Shown here: one piece after another, positions 15,780 to 22,572 of the stretch
Layout of the letters: the number at the start of each line of letters is the position of its first letter
How positions within the stretch are numbered: the stretch's first letter is position 1
DNA from: Candidatus Nanohalobium sp.
Lineage (GTDB): Archaea > Nanohalarchaeota > Nanosalinia > Nanosalinales > Nanosalinaceae
DNA: 22,572 nt
Assembly: GCA_042217555.1 (NCBI GenBank)
Contig: JBDGSL010000005.1
Coordinates: 1 to 22,572 of the forward strand
Direction of reading: 5' to 3'
Notes under the pieces: generated by a model
What the model was told of the DNA's origin: nothing
The model's input: only the letters and a program-made list of their open reading frames with translations
Database searches by the model: none
Made by a program: the position numbers and the translations under genes

Positions 15780-16766
15780 TTAACTTGGAAACTCTTTCTG
15801 GCTCCACATATCCGGCATATCTTCTTCTGACTCCCAGGCTTCATCTACTATCTGATCACGCCGGAAACGGCTCTGTATAGGCAGATAACCTGAGTTACGG
15901 GTGTTTCCTCTTGGCGTCATGACGTAGTACATCTCTACTTCATCTTCTGACTGGTCGAAGATCTCATGCTCGAAGATCTCATCGTACTCTGCATCGAAAT
16001 GCAGTGAATGAACCTTGTCATCCTCGAAACTGGTTAGATGCAGGCTTCTCTCCGGCATGTTGTCTGCCCTTGACTGGTAGTTGAAACGTCGGGCTCCAAG
16101 ACCTAGCAGGATCTTGTCGCCGATAGTTCTCGGGTAGGGCATGTGCACATGGTCGTAAATCGCAATATCGGTTCCTGAAAGGCTTGGCGGCGTTCTTCTG
16201 GTTGACTGCTCATTGGTGTACCGTTTCACGGAGAACAGGTCTTCCAGGATGCTTTCGTCCCGTGTATCCAGGTACGTGAGGCTTTTGTCTCTTTTCTCCC
16301 TGTGAGGGTGGTGGGCGGCCTGTACAGTGTTTCCTCTGATCTCTGTCTCGAAGCCTTCATCAAATATTTCGTACTCTACATCGACTTCGAACGGCTGCGG
16401 AGAGTTTATCTGTGTCATGAACCCTGTGAACTCGTCTGCCTCCTTATCCGGATTATCAGGATCTGCATCTTTCTTGTCCTCGTCCCCCGCGACCAGCTTG
16501 ACTTCAGGGCCTTCTTCCAGCTTATCAAGAAGGTGGTAGACATCGTCAAAGGTCCCTGTGTCTCCCATGACGTGTATCTCGTCCACATCATATGTTTCGA
16601 CGTAGTCATTGATCTGTTTCCCGACGCCACGGACGTAATCTTCTCTTACGTCGGGTTGTTCCTCGAAGGCGTGTATCTCGGAGATATGCAGAACATTGTA
16701 GTTGTCAGGTAAGTCGAACTTGCCAGGCAGATAGTCGGGACCTGGCTCAGGGTTCAGATGCGCCAC
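15780..16766 (-). CDS. Calcineurin-like metallophosphoesterase with non-canonical motifs
   Basis: Ordered motifs VLHISEIH, HVMGD, LVAGDED, AAHH and IYDHVH correspond to DxH, GD, GNH[D/E], H and GHxH. Start uncertain (see findings). Confidence 0.75.
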   Translation of the reverse strand: MAHLNPEPGPDYLPGKFDLPDNYNVLHISEIHAFEEQPDVREDYVRGVGKQINDYVETYDVDEIHVMGDTGTFDDVYHLLDKLEEGPEVKLVAGDEDKKDADPDNPDKEADEFTGFMTQINSPQPFEVDVEYEIFDEGFETEIRGNTVQAAHHPHREKRDKSLTYLDTRDESILEDLFSVKRYTNEQSTRRTPPSLSGTDIAIYDHVHMPYPRTIGDKILLGLGARRFNYQSRADNMPERSLHLTSFEDDKVHSLHFDAEYDEIFEHEIFDQSEDEVEMYYVMTPRGNTRNSGYLPIQSRFRRDQIVDEAWESEEDMPDMWSQKEFPS

Positions 16767-16951
16767 CTCCGGCAGCGTGTCATCTCGTCGGTTGAAGACT
16801 GTTGGGATAGAGGTGAACGTCTTTCCAGCATCCTATCAAGAAAGCTGTACAGTAAGATTAAAAAGTTATCCGAAAGACGCAGGAGAGAACAGGATAAAAA
16901 ATTTGGACTGCTGCATGGATTTGAAACATTTTTGATACTAACATGGTTTCT

Positions 16952-17956
16952 ATGATAGAGATAAACGGGTCTTCGGGAGGAGGCCAGATGCTCAGAACTG
17001 CGTTATCACTTTCTGCAGTGACAGGGAAGAAGTTCAGGATGAAGAATATACGGGGAAACAGGTCTAACCCCGGGCTGAAAAGGCAGCATCTGGAAGCGGT
17101 TAAAACTGTTAAAAGACTCTGCAAAGGTGAAGTTGAAGGCATGGAGATGAAGTCTGATGAACTTGTCTTCAGACCTGGAGAATTGAGCTCTGAGCCTTTC
17201 TCAGCGAATATAGGAACAGCAGGCAGTATAACCTTGTTATATGACGCGGTTCTTCCGGTTACGACACAGTTCAGTGATCCGTTCAGGTTGACGGCGAAAG
17301 GAGGGACTGATGTGAAATGGTCGCCGACCTATGCCTACTTCAGAGAGGTTAAACTTCCGCTTCTCCAAAGATTTGGGATGGAAGCAGATACGGAACTGGG
17401 GAAGACCGGATACTACCCGAAGGGAGGTGGAGAGGCCGAGCTCCGGACTGAACAGTACTCCCTGAATCCTGTAAAGTTAACTGAGAGAGGTGAACTGCAG
17501 AAGTTCGAGATATACTCCAAAGCCTCCAGGGAACTGGAAAGTCAGAAAGTCGCGGATAGACAGGCTGATGAAGCAGAAAAACTGCTGAAAAACTCACATA
17601 TGTCTTTACCGGTAGAGAAGTCCGTGGAATACGAGAGGACTGCCTCGCCAGGATCATCTCTGACAGTGAAGACGGTCTACGAGAACTCTGTAGCAGGTTT
17701 TGACGCCCTAGGTGAACGTGGAAAAAGATCCGAACAGGTAGCACAGGAAGCAGTTCAGGACTTTAAAAAGTTTCATTCAACTGAAGCAGCGGTAGATAGA
17801 AACATGGCCGACCAGTTAATGGTTTTTCTCGCCGTAGCTGGAGGAGAAGTATCTATACCAAAGGTAACGGATCACATGGAGACTAACCTGGAAGTCATAC
17901 GTTCTTTCGGACTGGATATCTCACTGGACTCTGGCAGAATAAGAATGAAGAAGTAA
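16952..17956 (+). CDS. rtcA: RNA 3'-terminal phosphate cyclase
   Basis: IEINGS.GGGQ.LRTALSLS..TGK, IR..R..PGL..QHL, GTAGSI.L, GGTDV.WSP, GYYPKGGG, A.RQ, G.RG..SE.V, ADQL, catalytic T.H..TN. Start 16952 or 16943. Confidence 0.96.
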   Translation: MIEINGSSGGGQMLRTALSLSAVTGKKFRMKNIRGNRSNPGLKRQHLEAVKTVKRLCKGEVEGMEMKSDELVFRPGELSSEPFSANIGTAGSITLLYDAVLPVTTQFSDPFRLTAKGGTDVKWSPTYAYFREVKLPLLQRFGMEADTELGKTGYYPKGGGEAELRTEQYSLNPVKLTERGELQKFEIYSKASRELESQKVADRQADEAEKLLKNSHMSLPVEKSVEYERTASPGSSLTVKTVYENSVAGFDALGERGKRSEQVAQEAVQDFKKFHSTEAAVDRNMADQLMVFLAVAGGEVSIPKVTDHMETNLEVIRSFGLDISLDSGRIRMKK

Positions 17957-17967
17957 AGATAGTTGGT

Positions 17968-18387
17968 TCACTCTATCTCGATGTTTTTGCCTTCTTCTTC
18001 GTTGATCTCGGCTGTTACTTCCAGTACTCCGTCCTCGTATTCTGCTGTTACTGTGTCTGCGTCGATCTTTCTGGGCCATGGAACTGTGCGTCTGAACCGT
18101 CTGCTTCTTCTCTCCTTTTTCAGGTATTTCTCGTTTTCCTCTTTTACTTCGGCACTGCTCTCTGCCGATATCTCTACTTTTTTCTCATCCGCCTTCACGT
18201 TGATGTCCTGTTTCTCCACTCCTGGCATGTCTGCCGAGATCGTGAACTTGCCGTCTTCCTCCCTTATGTCTACCGGTGTGTTCTGCGTCAGATCTGAGGC
18301 CAGGTTCATACCTTTGTTCTGGAACTCTTCCATCATCTTTTGCATCTGATCGAATACATCGCCGTCCTGCCTGTCGAGTCGTCTCAT
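17968..18387 (-). CDS. hsp20: Small heat shock protein, Hsp20/alpha-crystallin family
   Basis: From ATG 18387: PVDI.E......ADMPGV.K.DI.V, ER....F.R.V..P..ID, A.Y.DGVL.V and the C-terminal IEI motif. Confidence 0.96.
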   Translation of the reverse strand: MRRLDRQDGDVFDQMQKMMEEFQNKGMNLASDLTQNTPVDIREEDGKFTISADMPGVEKQDINVKADEKKVEISAESSAEVKEENEKYLKKERRSRRFRRTVPWPRKIDADTVTAEYEDGVLEVTAEINEEEGKNIEIE

Positions 18388-18398
18388 AACAAGAAAAG

Positions 18399-18420
18399 TT
18401 TTTGTATACATCAATAAAAA
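18399..18420. promoter_or_regulatory. 22-bp quasi-palindrome overlapping the hsp20 TATA box; putative operator
   Basis: Minus strand TTTTTATTGATGTATACAAAAA, 12-33 nt upstream of the hsp20 ATG; 18/22 identical to 652-673. Confidence 0.6.
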
Positions 18421-18422
18421 TC

Positions 18423-18602
18423 TTACTCTTTTCTATCCATCTGTTTCTCAAGAAAGCTTATCTGGCTCTTTATCTCATTTATCAGTTCCTCTGCCTCCTG
18501 CTGTTTCTCCGAGCTTCCCATGTCCTTAACCTGGTCGAACTCCTGTTCGGTCTTCTCCACCTGTTCTTCAAGGTCGTCGAGAACTTCCCGGTACTGTTCC
18601 AT
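18423..18602 (-). CDS. Small acidic coiled-coil protein (59 aa), absent from the ORF track
   Basis: Manual translation: MEQYREVLDDLEEQVEKTEQEFDQVKDMGSSEKQQEAEELINEIKSQISFLEKQMDRKE*. TTTTTAG about 25-30 nt upstream; composition typical of this genome. Confidence 0.8.
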   Translation of the reverse strand: MEQYREVLDDLEEQVEKTEQEFDQVKDMGSSEKQQEAEELINEIKSQISFLEKQMDRKE

Positions 18603-18695
18603 AACATATGCTTTAGAGCTGCACGGCTAAAAAACCTGATGTCGAAAAGAGAAAGAGAATACCTGATAAGGACCTGTTATCGGGTTCAGGAAAGG

Positions 18696-19094
18696 TTACT
18701 GGTCCTGTACCCGTGGAGTAGGTATTGGTGGAAGCAGGTTCAACGTGTTTGCGACTCCTACGGCCTCTGAAAGCAGTTTCTGGTACATTTCGTTCAGCAG
18801 GGGTTTGTTCACTTCTTCCGGTAGAGCTCCGTTTTCATCCCAGGACTCAAGTATATCCTCTAACTGGCCTTTCCAGAGGATGTTTCCGCTCATGGTGATA
18901 TGTGCTACTTCTCTGCCTCCTGCAGTGTAGTTAACTGCGAACTCGAAGTCAATCTTAGCTACCTCTTCCTCAAGTGCGTTAACCGACTCCCTTGAGACTT
19001 CCTCGATTTTTGGCTGGTAGTTTACCTGGATGTTTTCGTTTGCTCCCTGGCCTTTGTCGGCCTCGATAGAATCAATATTGAATCCTACTATCAT
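18696..19094 (-). CDS. Conserved-looking archaeal protein, possible SecB-like fold
   Basis: From ATG 19094 (MIVGFNIDSI). Four beta-strands then helices, with F.F...Y, I...G, W....LP and C-terminal LNL.PPIP.P; the fold call is from pattern recognition only. Confidence 0.7.
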   Translation of the reverse strand: MIVGFNIDSIEADKGQGANENIQVNYQPKIEEVSRESVNALEEEVAKIDFEFAVNYTAGGREVAHITMSGNILWKGQLEDILESWDENGALPEEVNKPLLNEMYQKLLSEAVGVANTLNLLPPIPTPRVQDQ

Positions 19095-19169
19095 ATTACA
19101 AACCTGAAAACTCCAACCTTCTTTAACTTTCTCCTCCACTAACACATTCAAGAGGGAGACAGAAACTTT

Positions 19170-19700
19170 ATGTCGAAGAGCAGGCTGGAAAGGTACGGAC
19201 TCATACTCATAGGTATAATGGTAGCAGTAGGTTTCTCCGGAATGTTCACCTACAGTAGCATTGTAGACACAGGAGACAGCGACAACCAAGGGACACAGGA
19301 GATAAACGCCACACTCCCGGAATCGAACTACAGCAACGAAAGCTTCGGCCTTTCAGTACAGGAACAGGCCTATCTCGCCGTCAACAACGACATAGTATTC
19401 GTCAACGCCCTCTACGAAAACACGACAGACAGGTTCCAGAACCTGACGGAGCTACCCTCGGAGTTCAACGACAGGGTATACGTCAACCTTGTGAACAACT
19501 CAGAGACATACATGGCCTCGGACTACAGACTGGAACTACCTTCTACACTGATCATAGGAGGAAAACAGTCACAGACCCAGAGAGGAACACTACCATACAC
19601 CCTGAAGTCAGCAGGCACAGACAGTGAAGACATAAGAGAAGGCATCTGCTCAGCAATGAGAGACCTGGGAGACCTGGCAGCCACATGCTACACAGGATAA
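19170..19700 (+). CDS. Membrane-anchored or secreted hypothetical protein
   Basis: Basic N-terminus followed by a hydrophobic segment (YGLILIGIMVAVGFSGMF), six N-x-S/T sequons and a C-terminal Cys pair. Confidence 0.85.
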   Translation: MSKSRLERYGLILIGIMVAVGFSGMFTYSSIVDTGDSDNQGTQEINATLPESNYSNESFGLSVQEQAYLAVNNDIVFVNALYENTTDRFQNLTELPSEFNDRVYVNLVNNSETYMASDYRLELPSTLIIGGKQSQTQRGTLPYTLKSAGTDSEDIREGICSAMRDLGDLAATCYTG

Positions 19701-19738
19701 CAGGCTAAACACGTACACAGGCCTTCTAGTCTATTCTT

Positions 19739-22543
19739 CTATATATCAAAGGCCTTTGCAAACTCTTCATCTCCCTGAACGTTATCAGAGTACTTCTCAA
19801 GCTTCTCTCTGGCACTTTTACCAGTCTGAGAGGCAGAGACTGCACCTTTCTCACCTAGCAGGGTTACGCAAACCTCGTGCTTCTGTGAAAGCTTCTGTGC
19901 GACCTGGATCAGCAGGCCTACGTTCTCTGTCGGTACATCTGCCTCTATATCTTTGACCTCTGTGTCAAGTATCTGGTTCTCTATAAAGTCCTCAATTCTT
20001 GACTCCAGGTCTTCAACCTTTTTCTCCCTGTACTTCCATTCCTGGAACAGCTCGCTGCTTTTTCCGACAAGTTTCTCGCCTTCAACTTCTCCGGTATCCT
20101 CGTACTCTCCCAGAAAGTTTGAAAGCTTCTCGATCTTCTCTCCGTACTCCTCTACCTCTTCCTGGAACCTTTCCAGGGTGTCGAGCAGCTGCTCCGGTTC
20201 CACGGAGAAGGTGTCACACAGCTGCCGCTGCGCCAGCCTTGGACGTGTCTCCAGAGGAGCCCCGAGCATCTCCGACGCCTTCTGCATCCTTTCCTCGATG
20301 TTCCGGATGTATTCTTCTGCGGCGTTGCCTGCTCTGTACTCCAGTCTTGTGACGCCGTCCTGTATCCTCTTGCATCCGGTTATGTAGAACTCTCCGGCGT
20401 TTGAGGTCTCGGTGAGGTGTGTTCCTCCACAGGCTTCTATGTCCACGTCTTCGATCTCGATCAGCCTTATCGTGTTTCCGGGAGGTGCGCCTCCCTGGTA
20501 GATCCTGAAGCCGTACTCCTGCTCGGCCTCAGATTTCTTCATCTCCAGGACATCGATTCTGTGGTTTTCCTCTATCACCTCTTTTACCCGGGCCTCGATT
20601 TCGTCCAGCTTCTCTCTCGACGGCTTCTCGTAGTGGGTGATGTCGAGCCTCGCCTTTTCCGTGGTCTTGTTTGCCCCGGCCTGGTAGATATGTTCGCCGA
20701 GTTCTTCACGTGCTGCAGCGTTGACCATGTGGGTCGTGGTGTGGTGCTGGGTCAGCTGCTTCCTTCTCTCACCGTTGACCACACCCTCCACGGAGTCTCC
20801 TTCCTTGAGTTCGTGTCCTGGCGCGTGATGGAGTACCACGTCTCCCTGTTTCTGCACGTCGTCGACCTTGAAGCCTTCGATCTCTCCCGTGTCGGACATC
20901 TGGCCTCCGCCCTGAGGGTAGAACATCGTCTGGTCAAGAACCACCCATTCATCATCCACGACTTCCAGTACCTCTGCCTCGAACTCAAAGTCAGAACTTT
21001 CTCCGTTCCTGTACGGTTCACGCCGACTGTAGTAAAGTTTCTCCGTCTCGGCAACGTCTTCCAGATCGAATTCCTCTTCGGCCGCGTGAAGGGCCTCTTC
21101 CTCGCTTCCCAGCTTCATGTAGAAGTCCTCGGGCACCTCGAAACCTGCCTCTTCCATCATCTCGGGGGAGACGCCGTGTGACTCATAGAGCTCTATCATC
21201 TCCTCTACAGAGGGCTGTTCATCTAGCTCAGAGAGCTTCTTCTCCGCTTTTTCCCTTGCGCGCTTGTATTTCTCTGCTTCAACCTCCAGGATCTCCTCTA
21301 TCTCGTCCATCGACTCCAGCAGCTCCGGGAACATCGGTTCGAGTTCCTTGGCGTTCCACATGGCTACTTCTTTCATTTCGAGATCCCATCCGTATTTTTC
21401 GATGAAGTCCTTCGCCCTTCTGTATATCATCCTGAGGTTGTGGCCGCCTCCCGTGTTGCTCGGGATCTTGCCGTCCGCCAGGGCGAAGATCAGCGCCCTG
21501 GTGTGCTCAGCAACGCTGTACAGGGCTGCAGAAGGTTTTATAGCATCTTTGAGGTCTTCGACATCTTCGACATCTTCATCTATCTTCTCTGCGATCTCCT
21601 GCCACTTAGCGTCTATATCGTCTACTTCGTCGACGTTCAGCTCGCTGGAATGCGGCAGGAACTTTTCCCAGGTCTCCTGGTCTACTTCGAGCCCGGTCTC
21701 CTCTTTCATCTTCTCCAGTGTCCGCGGCATGACGGACTCGTAGCTTGTCTCTGTACCGTTCGAGATCCAGGTGATCCGCTCGTGGCCCATACCCATGTCC
21801 AGGACTTTGAGGTCGAGTTCTTCATAGCCTTCCGGTGTCTGTTTGTAGAACATGTAGACCTGGTTCCAGAGCTCTAGTCCGTCAACGAAGAACTCCATGC
21901 ACGCTCCAAGGTTTCCGCCGCCTCCCCAGCTGTCCTCGTGTAGTACAAGTTTTTCCTCAGGTATTCCAAGTCCTTCGACTGCGAACTCGAACATGTCTCG
22001 GAAGTATCGGTCCTGATCGTATTTTTCAGGGGGCTGGAAGCATGTCTGACCGATCATAGTGAAGTTGGTGTAGTGTCTGCCCGTGATACCGACGTTGTCC
22101 ACGTCGTTAAAACGCAGTGAAGGCTGCGGTATGATCAGTTCGTCTGCCGGTGGCTCTGCCTCGCCGGAAACCACGTATGGCTGGAAGCAGTAGATTGAGG
22201 CGCCTGTGAACTCAACGTCATCTCTCCACCTTGCAACGGTGGGATAACGGTCGATGGAGGCGTATCCACGGTCCTGCATGAACTCCTCGAACTTCTCCCA
22301 TGACTCTATATGTGTGAAGGTCTCATCTGTAGGAGAGTCGTTTATGAAAGTGTATCCGTCGCCGCACTCCGGTTCTCCACAGATCTCGCGGTCTTCGTCG
22401 ATGCTCCAGAACTTCATACCGCAGTTGCTGCATGTACCTCGACTGAACCCTTTCTCCCTGAGCACGTCTGTGGCAAAGAATTTCTCAGGGTTGTCGCTGG
22501 CTTCCTGCTTTATCTCTTCCTTCAGTTCGTCGAGGCTCTTCAT
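19739..22543 (-). CDS. alaS: Alanine--tRNA ligase (archaeal type)
   Basis: N-terminal Cys knuckle (CSNCG..FW, CGEPEC), YP.VARWRDD, ASI..FQP, D.DNVG.TGRH.T.F.M, W.GGGN.G, D.G.G.ER, editing domain FYP.GGGQ, HTTTH and ACGGTH. Confidence 0.98.
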   Translation of the reverse strand: MKSLDELKEEIKQEASDNPEKFFATDVLREKGFSRGTCSNCGMKFWSIDEDREICGEPECGDGYTFINDSPTDETFTHIESWEKFEEFMQDRGYASIDRYPTVARWRDDVEFTGASIYCFQPYVVSGEAEPPADELIIPQPSLRFNDVDNVGITGRHYTNFTMIGQTCFQPPEKYDQDRYFRDMFEFAVEGLGIPEEKLVLHEDSWGGGGNLGACMEFFVDGLELWNQVYMFYKQTPEGYEELDLKVLDMGMGHERITWISNGTETSYESVMPRTLEKMKEETGLEVDQETWEKFLPHSSELNVDEVDDIDAKWQEIAEKIDEDVEDVEDLKDAIKPSAALYSVAEHTRALIFALADGKIPSNTGGGHNLRMIYRRAKDFIEKYGWDLEMKEVAMWNAKELEPMFPELLESMDEIEEILEVEAEKYKRAREKAEKKLSELDEQPSVEEMIELYESHGVSPEMMEEAGFEVPEDFYMKLGSEEEALHAAEEEFDLEDVAETEKLYYSRREPYRNGESSDFEFEAEVLEVVDDEWVVLDQTMFYPQGGGQMSDTGEIEGFKVDDVQKQGDVVLHHAPGHELKEGDSVEGVVNGERRKQLTQHHTTTHMVNAAAREELGEHIYQAGANKTTEKARLDITHYEKPSREKLDEIEARVKEVIEENHRIDVLEMKKSEAEQEYGFRIYQGGAPPGNTIRLIEIEDVDIEACGGTHLTETSNAGEFYITGCKRIQDGVTRLEYRAGNAAEEYIRNIEERMQKASEMLGAPLETRPRLAQRQLCDTFSVEPEQLLDTLERFQEEVEEYGEKIEKLSNFLGEYEDTGEVEGEKLVGKSSELFQEWKYREKKVEDLESRIEDFIENQILDTEVKDIEADVPTENVGLLIQVAQKLSQKHEVCVTLLGEKGAVSASQTGKSAREKLEKYSDNVQGDEEFAKAFDI
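21555..21577 (+). repeat. In-frame 9-bp tandem repeat in alaS
   Basis: TCTTCGACA-TCTTCGACA-TCTTC, encoding EDVEDVED. Confidence 0.6.
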
Positions 22544-22572
22544 GCTTCACCGTTGCGAGAGAAATTTTTTAT

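Noticed and set aside
18402..18770. 122-aa plus-strand ORF
   Set aside because: Leu/Phe-rich antisense shadow of the real 59-aa minus-strand gene.
21555..21577. 9-bp tandem repeat as a contingency locus
   Set aside because: Only about 2.5 in-frame copies in an acidic segment; most likely a neutral slippage duplication.
19756..22059. Long antisense ORFs opposite alaS (likewise opposite topA, tyrA, serS and others)
   Set aside because: Ser/Phe/Leu-rich shadows produced by GAA/GAG-rich coding strands; no independent coding signal.

Overview
Compact archaeal housekeeping region. The very Glu/Asp-rich proteins, short spacers, TATA boxes about 25-30 nt before mostly leaderless starts and the gene set suggest a Nanohaloarchaeota (DPANN) genome; this taxonomy is inferred, not searched. 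Contents in order: the 5' end of cdc48 with an upstream Cas2/VapD-fold-like small gene; a decayed DUF433/DUF5615(PIN) toxin-antitoxin pair; radB; a post-chorismate Phe/Tyr cluster (chorismate mutase, pheA, class I aminotransferase, tyrA, second chorismate mutase); an intact AbrB-VapB/VapC pair; topoisomerase IA with a 502-aa LAGLIDADG intein; ilvE, serS, tyrS, a YbaK-family deacylase, an atypical calcineurin-like phosphoesterase, rtcA, hsp20, alaS and several hypothetical genes. The most interesting unannotated signal is a 22-bp quasi-palindrome (18/22 identical) shared by the hsp20 promoter and the promoter of the small-gene/cdc48 operon, suggesting a heat-shock regulon with a possibly new regulator. 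Two densely base-paired intergenic regions (about 1856-2130 on + and 15563-15777 on -) are candidate structured RNAs. No rRNA, tRNA or CRISPR array was seen.
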